Below are positions 37,342 through 48,732 of a DNA stretch of 64,000 nt, piece after piece. Source of the stretch: Octopus bimaculoides (Eukaryota); the NCBI RefSeq assembly GCF_001194135.2, contig NC_068983.1, positions 110,355,908 to 110,419,907 of the forward strand, written 5' to 3'. Positions within the stretch are counted from its first letter, which is position 1. Each line of letters starts with the position of its first letter. Both the position numbers and the translations under genes were made by a program. Below the pieces are notes generated by a model. The model was not told where the DNA came from. It ran no database searches and was given only the letters and a program-made list of their open reading frames with translations.

Positions 37342-37386
37342 CTGTGAAATGTTAACATTTCGAAGTAGTTGTCTCATCGGTCACAG
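37342..37386 (-). ncRNA. Type I hammerhead ribozyme motif (left arm)
   Basis: Reverse complement: CTGTGA-CCGATGA-GA(caactact)TC-GAAA-TGTTAACA-T-T-TCACAG. Stem I is a perfect 6 bp and stem III is the 10-nt palindrome ATGTTAACAT. The core has U4>C. Confidence 0.75.
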
Positions 37387-37794
37387 ACTCTAAGCAGACG
37401 GCACTGCAAGCTAATTTTAAGAGATTACCTCTGTTATGCTTTTCTAGTGACCGTACGTTGAGTGTCAGCGCTATACGGCAGCTCACCCTACGTAAATTAC
37501 GGAGGTGTTTTGCTAAGCAGTGACAACAGAAATTGCAATGTTATTGTCAGTTCGAATATGCTTGATGCACCATGACCAAACGCAGTGAGTAGCTTGTTCC
37601 CCAATTCGAACGTGCACCAAGCATATTCGGACGGATAATAACATTGCACTTTTACTTATCACTGGTTAGCGCTCCTTCTCCGTAATGTACTTAGAGTGAA
37701 CCTCTGTATAGTGCTGCTAGTCATTCTACGGTGTCTGGAACAGCATAACAGAAGGGATCTCTTAATTTAGCTCGCAGTGCTGTCTACTTAGTTT

Positions 37795-37863
37795 CTGTGA
37801 TCGATGAGACAAGTACTCCAAACGATGAAGAGACAACTACTCAGAAATGTTAACATCTCACAG
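37795..37863 (+). ncRNA. Type I hammerhead ribozyme motif (right arm), disrupted by an internal ~24-nt duplication
   Basis: CTGTGA-TCGATGAGACAAGTACTCCAAA-CGATGAAGAGACAACTACTCA-GAAA-TGTTAACA-T-C-TCACAG. Stems I and III are the same as in the left arm, and the cleavage triplet is AUC. Confidence 0.7.
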
Positions 37864-38049
37864 TCTAGGTAGATGGCGTTGTTGCGAGCTGATCTAGGTG
37901 TATACACACCATTTATTAACCAGCGAGATATATTCTCCATGACAAAACGAAATAAGTAGCTTGTTCCCAATTTCGAACGTGCCTCAGCATATTTGGATTG
38001 ATAATAACATTGCAATTTCACTTGTCACCGCTTAGAGCTACCCCTCCAT

Positions 38050-38850
38050 AACAATTATTTGGACATTTTGGAATCAGAGAAAGGAAGAAAACCATTTCAA
38101 AGAAGTACTTCAAAAGGATCAAATTGATACTGAAATCTAAGTCAAATTCTGGAAAGTTGGTAAAGGCAACACATTGAAGTACTCTATCAATTATGAGATG
38201 TGTGACAGGTCTTGTCAATTTGAATGGAGAGGAACAGCAAGATATTGATCGAAACACTCGGAAAATAATGTCAGTGTACAAGGCGTTGCATAAAAGTGAA
38301 GATGTGTAGTGTCTGTGTAGGAAATGTGAAAACAGAGGAAGGGGGTTGATCATTATGGAGGATTGTGTGAGCATGTACGTTCAAATCGCAAACACGAAAT
38401 CTCTATAGAATTGCTACGAGCAGTAAGCAATACTTGGGGAAGGAATAGCAAAAGATGAAGTATTTGAAAAGAGAATGTAAAGGCACATGGAAAAATATAT
38501 ATACGCACAGTTTATGAATAATGCTCGGGCGGGAAGAGGTGAAGGCATTTGTAATTGGTTGAAAAAGGAAAATCTCAAACAAGGGAGAGAACGATTAAAT
38601 ATAGCTGCTCGGGATCAGGCCCTCGATATAAAGAGCACAAAATGTGGAGCTGGAACCAACGTGTTGCCAGTGTGCAGGTTGTTCGATGACCGAAAGTAAA
38701 CATACTAAGTGAATGTTCCAAACTAGCACAGAAACAATATAAATTTGGAGACGTGATAAATTTGCAAAGATCGTCCATTAGCAAATGCATAAGCAGTATT
38801 AATTTCCATCATGACTCAATAGGTATGACCATGTACCCAAAAAGTGACTT
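38050..38850 (+). mobile_element. R4/Dong-like LINE internal fragment (post-RT to CCHC region), third subfamily
   Basis: KKYFKRIKLILKSK...DIDRNTRKIMSVYKALH...GRGLIIMEDCV and CNWLKKENLK...LNIAARDQAL...CRLF. Confidence 0.78.
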
Positions 38851-41769
38851 TGTTTAAACATTTTGGAGATGTTTCTATTCAAATAGATTGCTTGCATGTT
38901 TCTTTTGTATTGTTTATACATATGTTGATAGTATTGGACAATGTATATATTTGTTTTATATTATGAAAGAATTTAAACTAATTAATCTGAATAACAATGT
39001 CCGATTTATCCATGTTGACACATTTAAAATATTTCATAACACGATACATTAAAATGGTTCTGTTCATAAATTTTCTTTTTCCAATCATTGATGCGACACC
39101 GAATATTCCATCACCCAGAAGAAATTTTGATATGTTTTGAATGTAAATATTTACATGATTCAATATAACATGAACTGTCATTTGATATCCTTATAATCAC
39201 TTCCTCTGAAATTCTTCCTATGTTGAACAAAATATGTTTAATGTCGTTTCTTCGAATTGTATTCTAGACAGAATGATAACAATGTCTATATCTCATAGTT
39301 TTCTTGAGAAATTAATGGCAGGCATGTCATATTGCTTCTAAATATTCGTATATATTTAAGTGCACTAGAGAGCTTGGATCCTTAAACATAATATTGGATG
39401 ACATGAAAATATGGAACTCAAAAGCTGATTAATGCATCCATGCTACTCAGTGTCATATTACACATGTAAAAACTACAATGAAAGTAGAAATCCTGGTAAA
39501 TCTAAATTGAATAGTACTGTTCATTGCATGTTATGACAAAATCCTTGTTAACATATAGAACTTTAAAATTTTCTCGAGATATTCAAGTTCCTTCTGTATA
39601 TTTAAAACACGGAATTAATACCAATGTCAGATTATACAAGAGTTATTGGATTGAGTCGACTTATATTTCCAAGACTGTGCTTTTATCATTCTAGACTTAT
39701 TGCTTCTTAATCAATATGTTGTTGTATACCTGCTTACTTTGCTGCAAGTTTAACACAGAGAATAATATTTAACCCCTAGTGAAGGGATTTCTCTCCTGAT
39801 GTCGATTTGATCGCATCCCTTATGTAACTAAAAAAAAAAATTACATTGACTTCGTACCTCTCTGTTGTGCTAAATTAAGTTTTCATACAAACCACTGAAG
39901 TACAAATCTGACACAAAGGTTTATTAATTTGATTATATCTCTTCACGAAAGAAATCATTATTGATTTATATAAATCAATAACGATACGATACATTCCTAT
40001 ATATCTGAAATGCAGATAATAAAACAATATTCACCACTAATGCAGCATTAATGTTTCAGTAATAATGAATCACTAACATATAAATATAGAATGTGTGAAT
40101 AATTGTTACTGTAGGTGATAAGGCCTTCACTGAAATTTTCAAGAAAGCTTCACAAATAAACATGTTAATGTAAATTCTTTGAATTGCGAAATTTATAACA
40201 TATATGCTCGTTATAAATAACTTAGAACTGAGCATATTTTCCGTCTGAAATGGAATTTGCGCTTTCCACACAGAAATTAATAAAGCAATATATTCATATT
40301 ACTGAGTTTATTGATATCGCTATATTAAAGCGGTATTCAGTGGTGAAGCCCGTTTGACTTTTGGTATAATGGAATACTATTGTATCGAACCGCATTTCAC
40401 AGAAATACAGTAGATATCTATTCACAGGTAGTAGATATTTCAAAAGATAACTAGCACAATTCCAAAGCAATTCCAATGTGAATAGCTTGTACAAATAGAA
40501 ATGGAACATAAGTAAAGGATACTTACATAGAGATTCTCTTATATCTGCATGCTTGCATCGGATTTTGCGGAATTCTAATTCAAAGCTGTTCACTTATTAA
40601 AGGTTTTCATGCGCATTAAAATATGTGAAGAAAATATTTTCACTTGATCTCTATGAGAGTGTACATGGGTATGAGAATGTGCAAGATGCGTGTATTACGC
40701 ATGTTTGAGTTGTAACATACATGAATACACATGTATGTGTAAAAAGCCATAAATACATATGTTTCATATACACATACATTTGATATACACCATAAACCTA
40801 TATACACAAACAAAATATTTGCAGTATATACGAATGAAACACAATGATATAAGATATTGAAACTATATGTTGTACATGATGAATGGATCTATGTTTTTCT
40901 TAATTCATATTGTTGTAAATCAATAAGATACGCTAAGCGCACTATATGTTTACATCAAGTAAAATAATTTTTGAAGACATTGTTCGTATTTGTTAATACA
41001 TTGATATTGTTAACATCATCTGATATGAGAATAATTTTAAAGGAAATGTTAATAGAATATAACTTATTCTTAATCTCACGGAAAATACTTCCTATTTTAA
41101 TCTAACTGCTAGTATTCGCTAATGATTATGTTTGCAATTATTTCGTCTAATACAAAATAGTACTAGGGTAATGATTTAATGAAAATATCTTTCGGTGGAT
41201 ATTACTTCAACAGTAAAGTCGGAGTCGTTGAATTCTGATAGTCTTATTCCTAAAATGTACACTGTATCTTACGTTACATCTCTCGCACAAGTAAAAGTTG
41301 AAGAAAAACAGATATTTATGCCATCAATGATTTTAAAGTTACTCTTAGAATATGAAACAAAAACGCCTATGAAAATTAATCGTGAAATTAATAGGATGCG
41401 TACATATTTTGGAAAAGGATGTATCTTATACAAAAGCATAGATTGAGATCGACCACTTATTTGTTTTCAGTGTCACTACAAAATGATTTCCGCAAAAAAA
41501 AAAAATGTATGCATAGATCTGCTTACCTAATTGGTGCTAATTAAAGTAACGTTATAAAGTCGATATTCCTCGGTAAATTTCAAATTCTTATGCTGAATGT
41601 TCTTTGTTACAGATATTAATGTTCTACAGAGTTTATTTTCTATAATCTACCATTGATAGCACAATTCTTCTCTAAAACGCGGGTAGAAAAAGTTCCAGAA
41701 TAACCAAGAATCATTCGAAAAATCTAAATTATACAGAATAAAACTTGAACAGTTTTATATTTAATGAAA

Positions 41770-41809
<40 letters not shown>

Positions 41810-41821
41810 ACTCTATCTGTG

Positions 41822-41892
<71 letters not shown>

Positions 41893-41975
41893 GTCTGTCT
41901 GTCTGTCTTGCAATATGCGTTGCTGTGTGTATGTTTTTGAATGTGTGTATGTGTGTGTGCGTGTGTGTGAGTGTG
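41770..41975. repeat. (CTAT)n/(CTGT)n/(TG)n microsatellite
   Basis: Direct reading. Confidence 0.95.
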
Positions 41976-42417
41976 TGTTTGTGAATGAGCATGCGTATGT
42001 GTGTGTAACTTCATACATTAGCAGCTGATAGATATGTCAGCTTGTTAGTTGGCTGGCTTCTCCAGTCACGCTCTGCATTGTATAAACAAAGGGTTAGATA
42101 GAGTAAAAGAGAGGTGCAATGAGATTTAACAAGAGAGAAGCTGGATGAGTGCACATATGAAGAATTTAGGTAGACAATAAAAATTTTCTCAAAAATTCAT
42201 ATATTTCAATGAAAATTTGCAGAGATAGCTTCCGATGGCGATTAAATTTAGAATAATATTAACATATATTGATGGCAAATATATAAATGAGAAATTTGTT
42301 ACATTCAATTTCATTTAAAGATAATAAATTTTTTACTTTTGATATTAGTATTCATTTCATGATTTAGCATAAGAATCAGGAAATTCGATAAGTATTAAAT
42401 TATAATTATTGCCTGCT

Positions 42418-42457
42418 CTGCATTGACAAGGGGCAACACCCTGAAACTAGTCTGCAG
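42418..42457 (+). ncRNA. Minimal type I hammerhead ribozyme motif (CpG-decayed), probably in a PLE pseudo-LTR fragment running ~42411-42748
   Basis: CTGCA-TTGACAA-GGGG(caaca)CCCT-GAAA-CTAG-T-C-TGCAG. Stem I is a perfect 5 bp, stem III is the palindrome ACTAGT and the triplet is GUC. The core is consistent with an ancestral CTGACGA...CCCCGAAA. Confidence 0.72.
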
Positions 42458-43444
42458 ATGCCAAACCAGCAGGGGGACATTGCTGACCTCCCCTGTTCGA
42501 AGGTTATAAAGGACACAGGTTTCGTGTGTCACATAGCTAGCTAGAGGCGATGGCTTCTTGGAGCTAATTCACGGCAGCTTTCGTCCTAATTTTGGGACTG
42601 CCATGTTGGCTTGGCGATAACTATTAATTTCCAGTACCGCTGCCGTAGTCTCCTTTAGAGAGACTTAGAAATATTAATAACTCTATTTCTGAAAACCAGT
42701 GGATAGATTCCACTGAAATTAGATAAATAACCTTCGAACAGATAGTCAGNNNNNNNNNNNNNNNNNNNNNNNNNNNNNNNNNNNNNNNNNNNNNNNNNNN
42801 NNNNNNNNNNNNNNNNNNNNNNNNNNNNNNNNNNNNNNNNNNNNNNNNNNNNNNNNNNNNNNNNNNNNNNNNNNNNNNNNNNNNNNNNNNNNNNNNNNNN
42901 NNNNNNNNNNNNNNNNNNNNNNNNNNNNNNNNNNNNNNNNNNNNNNNNNNNNNNNNNNNNATATATATATATATATATATATAAGAGGGATGACATCCAT
43001 TATGCTAGAAGAAAACCACCTATGTTCCAGCATCACCCTTATTATTTAAATTCCTATATATATTGTATATACTTTCAAAACCAAGTATATGCATCGGAAT
43101 GACTTTTTGAGTAATTGAGGAAATTCAGTATCTAAATTTTACCAGTTCACCCAGATTCCGATATTCACATGTTACCACTAGAAGGACTAAATTAAGTTGC
43201 CCATATATTTCTTTTTGAATTTAAATCAATTGGTGGAACACAATTTACATCAACCACATGAATAAGTGTTGTTTTATTGGAAAACCGTTTAAATGTCTTA
43301 GTTTGAATGCAAATTCCGTCAAATAAAATATCCGGTTTTGATTGAAAAGTACAATTTACAACTGAAAAATATACAGCTAACACTTTTTTTCCTTTTTCAC
43401 ACACACACACACATCAAAGTCATAGTGAAAAGAATTCGAAAAAG

Positions 43445-44130
43445 TCTACTTTTGCTTTAAATTCTTACTCCAGAGTCCTCATCGCAGCAGCCGCATCACT
43501 CCTCTGGCTCAGAATCGTCCTGTGTTGGGTGAGACTCCAGATTTGCATAAAATGTAAATTTCTCATCCTGTATCCAGTTTTCACCAAAGGCGGCCTTTAA
43601 GAGTAATCATTTTTCTATTCTCTGAAATCGTGACATCACTGGCAGCAACTCCGGACGTGTGATGGCTGAGCGAGGCGCTTTCTTTTCAAACTTGAGCAAA
43701 CTCACACTCGTTCCAAATCAGATTTGTAATTCACTTGGCTTCTTACAAAAGCATTATTGTTTTTATCTTTGATCAGAATAATGCGTTTTACATCCTGAAT
43801 ATGCGGCAGAGCCTTAAAATACACAGCCACAAGTTTTCTCCTCTCATACATGTAAAAGCCACCAATCACTTCACTACAACGGAATGTTTCTCGATAACAC
43901 TAGTATACTTATCTGGGGAAATGATGGTCTGTAGAGATTTTAACTCATGTTCGATCCTGCCTAGTAGCCTATTACATGGTAAAAATGATTGTCCTTATAC
44001 GGGAGAAGAGGAATTCTACCTGCCTTGTCTGAGCAGGAGCGGTGCACAGCCAGAGTATTGACATGGCTAGCATAATGTTATTTTTAAGTTGATCACCGCA
44101 TCGATCACACTCCAGGTGTACTAGAGTCGT
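43445..44130 (-). mobile_element. Sola-like DDD/E transposase C-terminal relic
   Basis: Minus strand: LECDRCGDQLKNNIMLAM...VEFLF/PV*GQSFLPCNRLLGRIEHELK...NYKSDL...LLKAAFGENWIQDEKFTFY...CGCCDED. This matches the DxCGGQNKN and GHSFLPxDRxFG motifs. The superfamily label is tentative. Confidence 0.72.
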
Positions 44131-44934
44131 GTTGGATAACCACGACCCTTTACTGTGTAGTCGACAAAATCAAAAGCAAACAATGGGCAAGCGCGAAATT
44201 AAAAATATAATATGGTGACAACTTACTCATAGCAGCCCGTATATTATGTGTGTGTATGTGTGTGTGTGTATGCGTCTATGAGTGTTTGTAGGTATAATAC
44301 GAAAGTATGGTGATATATTTATACAAATTAAAATTTGCATTCTGCATTTAAAGATTTGTATCACCTTCACTTTGATTATGACGCCGAAAAGATTCTATTA
44401 AGCAATAAGACGTTTCTTCTGTATTGCTCTGTCAGAGAATAGCTGCCTTTAGGTAATTCATTCAGGTCACTCAAATAAGTTTTGCTGACAACCTGTAAAT
44501 TAAAATCAGTAGATTCATGGTACAGAAGTAAATAGACAAGGGTTCGAATGAAAATGTAGCATGTTTAATCGCAGAAATTTATCATATTCTCTTTGGTTTT
44601 ACTTTTAATTCCGGCACATCAATGTATTAAAAATAGTCCATTCCTTATTATTTTAATATATCCGTAATTAATAAACTATCAAAATCCTCTTGTTGAAATT
44701 AGATTACAAAAGTAGAAGGACGTTTTTGTTTTTTAACGTAACAGAAGTGAATAGGAAGAGTGAACTTCTTTCAGTGTCAGAATAAACACTAAAGCGCTTG
44801 GTTGTCGAATCTAGCCTGAAATATAAAAGCTGGATTCAAAGCATAAACGAACCAATTAAAATCCTAATGCGCATGATATATAGACATCAACAAGAGTTTC
44901 TTCTCTATATGCAGATATGCTGTTATTAATTTAA

Positions 44935-45180
44935 GTGAGAATATTAATATTCCTTCCGATTTTTTGGCACAAGGCCAGCAATTTTGGAGGTCGCTTAGTG
45001 GTTAATCGATTACATTGCTCTCATTGCTCAACTGGTACCTATTCCAATGACTTCCTGGAACCTATTTCAATGGCCTACGAAAGGATAAAAGGCGAAGTTG
45101 ACTCCGGGGAAATTTGATCTCAGAACGTAAAAACAGACGAAATGTCACTGAGCAGTTTGTCCAGCGTGCTAACAGACATG
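44935..45180 (-). mobile_element. tRNA-derived SINE, diverged
   Basis: ggcacaaggccagcaattttgg...cgaaaggataaaaggcgaagttgactccggggaaatttgatctcagaacgtaa...cagcgtgctaac. Confidence 0.78.
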
Positions 45181-45984
45181 TTGAAGTGGCGATTAATATT
45201 ACTTTTCAGTATAGTTACTGCTTTTAACTCTTATAGAGGTTTTCTAACTAGCTAATATTATCCTTATATGTCTCATAGCGCAGAAAGATAATTGCACTAA
45301 ATTGGCAGTAAAAAAGGCTATGGTTCTTTTACCACCCAGTACAATCTTTTCTTTGCTTCACTATGCTGTAAAAAGCATAATCCTTCGGACTCTGAATATT
45401 TAAACGCGCCGATCAAATACGCATTCACGCACACACACATACACAGACACATACATGCACACATGTCAGTAATAGGACATGGTTGCTTCTATCATAACGT
45501 GCTATGAGTTCTACAAAATCGTTCTTGTTTTAAACACAGTAAGAATAAGTTTGCGTGGAAGCGCCTTTCCTCTGTAAAGTGTGATATGCTCAACTTCCCA
45601 GTGAATCGCAAAAGAAAAGTCTCTGAGATACAACGGCAACGTATCAAGAATAAAAATGATAATCCCGGCAAATATATATCACAAACTATAAGCCTTAGTC
45701 CTTAAGTATGGAAAAGGTGCAATGAATCTCAAATTCTACAACCAATACGTACATAAACACTAAATAGGCCATACAAAACGGATTCTACAGCAATGTTGAT
45801 GAGATAGTTAGAAATTAGTAAAACATTATTTGCTGCCCTGTATAGGAGATTTTAATGTCAGCCTGTAGAGATCTAACGATGTTTTTGCTAAATGTATTGC
45901 AATGAGAAATGTAAAAATCAATGAAGATGGATTACGGTCTCTTATTTGAAAATTTATCAGTTCGTGATTCAATTTATGAGCAAC

Positions 45985-47430
45985 AAAACATACGCAAATA
46001 TACTTAGACTTCTCAAGATACGAAACATCGAAATCAAATTGATCATATTGGAATTGGTGAGATATTTAGGAACTCACTATATTTAAAGTGGAAAAAAGTG
46101 AGCAATATTTACAGCAACACTCTATATCCAAACTAGAGAAGAACTTTAGCTTCGAAATTTGATATATAGAAAATATAGTAGAGTATATTGATGAATGACT
46201 GCCAATTTTAAGTAGCAAATATACAAGCCTTAATAAGGAAGTAATAAGTTTCACTAAGTGTGATATAATGAAGTACGTAAATGTTATTGTGGATAAGACA
46301 AAAGCCCAAATAAAGAGATAATAAGGAAGAAATATAATTAACTGATCAATCAATCAATTAAAGTAATTACCAGCACGACCAAGGAAAATAAACGTTTCTC
46401 AAGTAGAACTACTTAGGAGAATCTGCTGACTAAAAATAAAGAAATAAAAATGGATGTAAGGAAAACTTGGAAGTAGTATAATGCAGAACAACAAAACTGA
46501 ACGAGGAAAGCATTCCTCCAGCTGCTGGAAGTTTCAATATTAAAATAGGTGAAATCCCGTGATCAGAGGCGGTAATTGCTATAAAGCAATTATGGAATAA
46601 TATACCACTGGATATAGACGGAATCGCAGTAGCAATAGTAAATACGTACATAATCACCACACCAACTGCATTCTGAGGACTCTACAATTCCATCTGGAGA
46701 ATAGGTGAAAATCTTACAGAAGAGTAGAAATGAATATATTTAAAACATTCAAGGAAGGAAACATGCGACGTCCTTTGAAAAGGAGATGCTCTACTCATTT
46801 ATGGTTACGCATGGTAACTATAAGACGAACAGAAGTCCGTATTCACATGATTTTTATGTAGGAACAATCGTGCTTCTCATAGAATAGTTCATGTGATGAT
46901 TTCATTTTCATTAGTCATTAAGCTTTTCCAGAAAAGTTTTACAACAGCATTATTAAAGATAATGAAAATGTATAAAATACCCCAAAGATATACTGATACA
47001 ATTTCAAATATTCATAAAACAACATTGTGCCAGATCATGGAAGATATCTCACACTGAAACTTTGGAGATCAAGTCTGGTATGATTCAGAAACGCATACTG
47101 CCTCTCCTACTTTTTGTGTTAGTGCGTGATTATGTCATGAAGAAAGGTTTGGAAAGAAGAGGTTGTTGAACACTGCAATGAACGGATGAGACGCTAGCCA
47201 ATCTAGATTATGCTGAAAACCTGGTGATAATTGCATTAACAGCTGAATTGCAACTAATATTAAATAATTTAAGGAGAGGAGGAAGCAATATTGATTTGGT
47301 TATTAACAGGTCAAAGACGGAAAGCGTGAATAAAGATTCATTCAATTACAGCATATATGGAGAAAATATAATGACCACAGAGGAATCCAAGTATTTAAGA
47401 ACCGTAGTTGCAAGAAATGGCTGACGTAGC
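45985..47430 (+). mobile_element. RTE-clade LINE relic (end of APE domain through RT)
   Basis: RNQIDHIGIGEIFRNSL; EAVIAIKQLWNNIPLDIDGI...LYNSIW; IKSGMIQKRILPLLLFVLVRDYVMK; LANLDYAENL. These are degenerate forms of NQIDH, GVRQG.ILSP and LDFADD. Confidence 0.8.
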
Positions 47431-47559
47431 TGGGAATGAGGAAAGAATTTCAAAAAGAAGAAGCAATACCGGACATTGCATCTGACGTTAAATTTGTAGC
47501 TTTTGAAAATAAACCTTTCTGTCAAATATTAGTATTCATGTAACAGGTTAATGTGAACA

Positions 47560-47573
47560 GAGAGAGAGAGATC

Positions 47574-47625
<52 letters not shown>

Positions 47626-47722
47626 GTGTGTGTGAGAGAGAGAGAGATAGAGAGGGAGTGTGTGTGTGTGTGTGTGAGAGAGAGCGAGAGAGATAGAGAG
47701 GGAGGGAGATGGAGAGAGAGAG
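47560..47722. repeat. Compound (AG)n/(TG)n microsatellite
   Basis: Direct reading. Confidence 0.95.
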
Positions 47723-48059
47723 TTAGGTTATGTAGCATTAATTGACAATTTTATATGACTGCAACATTGAATACGAAATGGACACATCTATTGGTGAGAT
47801 GGAGGCTTTATTCAGGATGCACTTCGTTGAACGGCAGATAGTAGAAGAGGGTGACGGAGTCCTCGAAAACAATAATGGTGAAAGATGATGTGATGAGAAG
47901 CGGAAGAATAATGCATGAACTATTTATGACAGATTCAAAAAATCGTTACAGTTAACAGAAAGTCATCGACACCCTTTGAAATCAATTGATAAGAAATGGT
48001 TTTGGAACATATTTCTGCTCAAAAAGAAGAAGTTGGGTTATTATAATAAAGCGAATGTG

Positions 48060-48560
48060 CTTTGGGCATATTCGAACCTGTAGAAAGAAGACAGTCTCTG
48101 TATTTTGTCATGAAGAAAATTTCTCGTTGTTGACAATTTGGTGTAAATACAACGAATAAGCTTCAAGCGCCAACTCACTAGACTTTAGAATTCATGCATT
48201 TCGGAGTAGTTATCTCTTCAGCAATGGAAACAGGACAAAGCGGCGCTGTGAGCTGACTCGAGGCGCCATGTCTCTTTTATATTTCCGTTATCATTCAGTG
48301 ACTGGTGGGGCGATTCAGTGGCTCAGCGTAAATAAAGTGCGGGGGTGACTGTGCTAGGTCGTGATATGCTTAAATACGAATTTGTTACAAGTGGAAACAT
48401 GCTTGAGATATATTTGAAGCAGTAAGAAAATCATTGACTGAACAGATTCGGTGTTTTTGCATCTATTTGTCAACAGCGAGAAATCTTATCCATGACAAAA
48501 CACAGCGAATGTCTTTCTCATATAATCGAAAAAGATTCAAGCATATGTTTGTCTTTGCAT
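48060..48560. mobile_element. PLE pseudo-LTR-like repeat with ~57-bp inverted arms and a degenerate hammerhead on the minus strand (48190-48225)
   Basis: ttttgtcatgaagaaaatttctcgttgttgacaa (48103) is the reverse complement of ttgtcaacagcgagaaatcttatccatgacaaaa (~48465-48499). The minus strand reads attg-CTGAAGA-GATAACTACTCC-GAAA-TGCA-T-G, where the position-17 base is G and therefore non-cleavable. Confidence 0.65.
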
Positions 48561-48644
48561 AAGCTCACTCCCTCCATCAAATCGACATTGCTTATGTAGG
48601 CGTGCAAGTATGCTACACGTCAAATGTCGAAATAATTACAGAGT

Positions 48645-48732
48645 AACTTTGTGCTAAAAAACACAACACACCGCTCGGTATGGGAATCGAATACACTATC
48701 TAGCTATTGTGAGTGCAATACTGTAACCACTA
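48645..48732 (-). mobile_element. SINE 5' (tRNA-like head) fragment
   Basis: The reverse complement has A/B-box-like tagtggttacagtattgcactcacaat...gtattcgattcccatacc, followed by gtgtgttgtgtttttt agcac, as in the CORE-type family at 55.8 kb. Confidence 0.55.

Larger units (their letters stand above)
37200..38035. mobile_element. Divergent inverted pair of tandem ~342-bp hammerhead-bearing monomers (retrozyme-like / PLE pseudo-LTR derived)
   Basis: The left arm (~37200-37571, sense on minus) and right arm (37578-38035, sense on plus) are reverse complements. tgatgcac recurs at 37222 and 37563 (period 341). agtagcttgttcc recurs at 37588 and 37955 (period 367, including a 24-nt duplication). 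Confidence 0.75.

Noticed and set aside
37200-38035. CRISPR-like or satellite interpretation of the recurring motifs
   Set aside because: The repeats are ~342-bp monomers in inverted arms, not short repeats with unique spacers. There are no cas genes and the context is eukaryotic.
40525-40595. Possible 59-nt minus-strand exon (FELEFRKIRCKHADIRESL) with a GTAAGT donor
   Set aside because: The pyrimidine tract is poor and there is no homology. Such sites are expected by chance in 64 kb.
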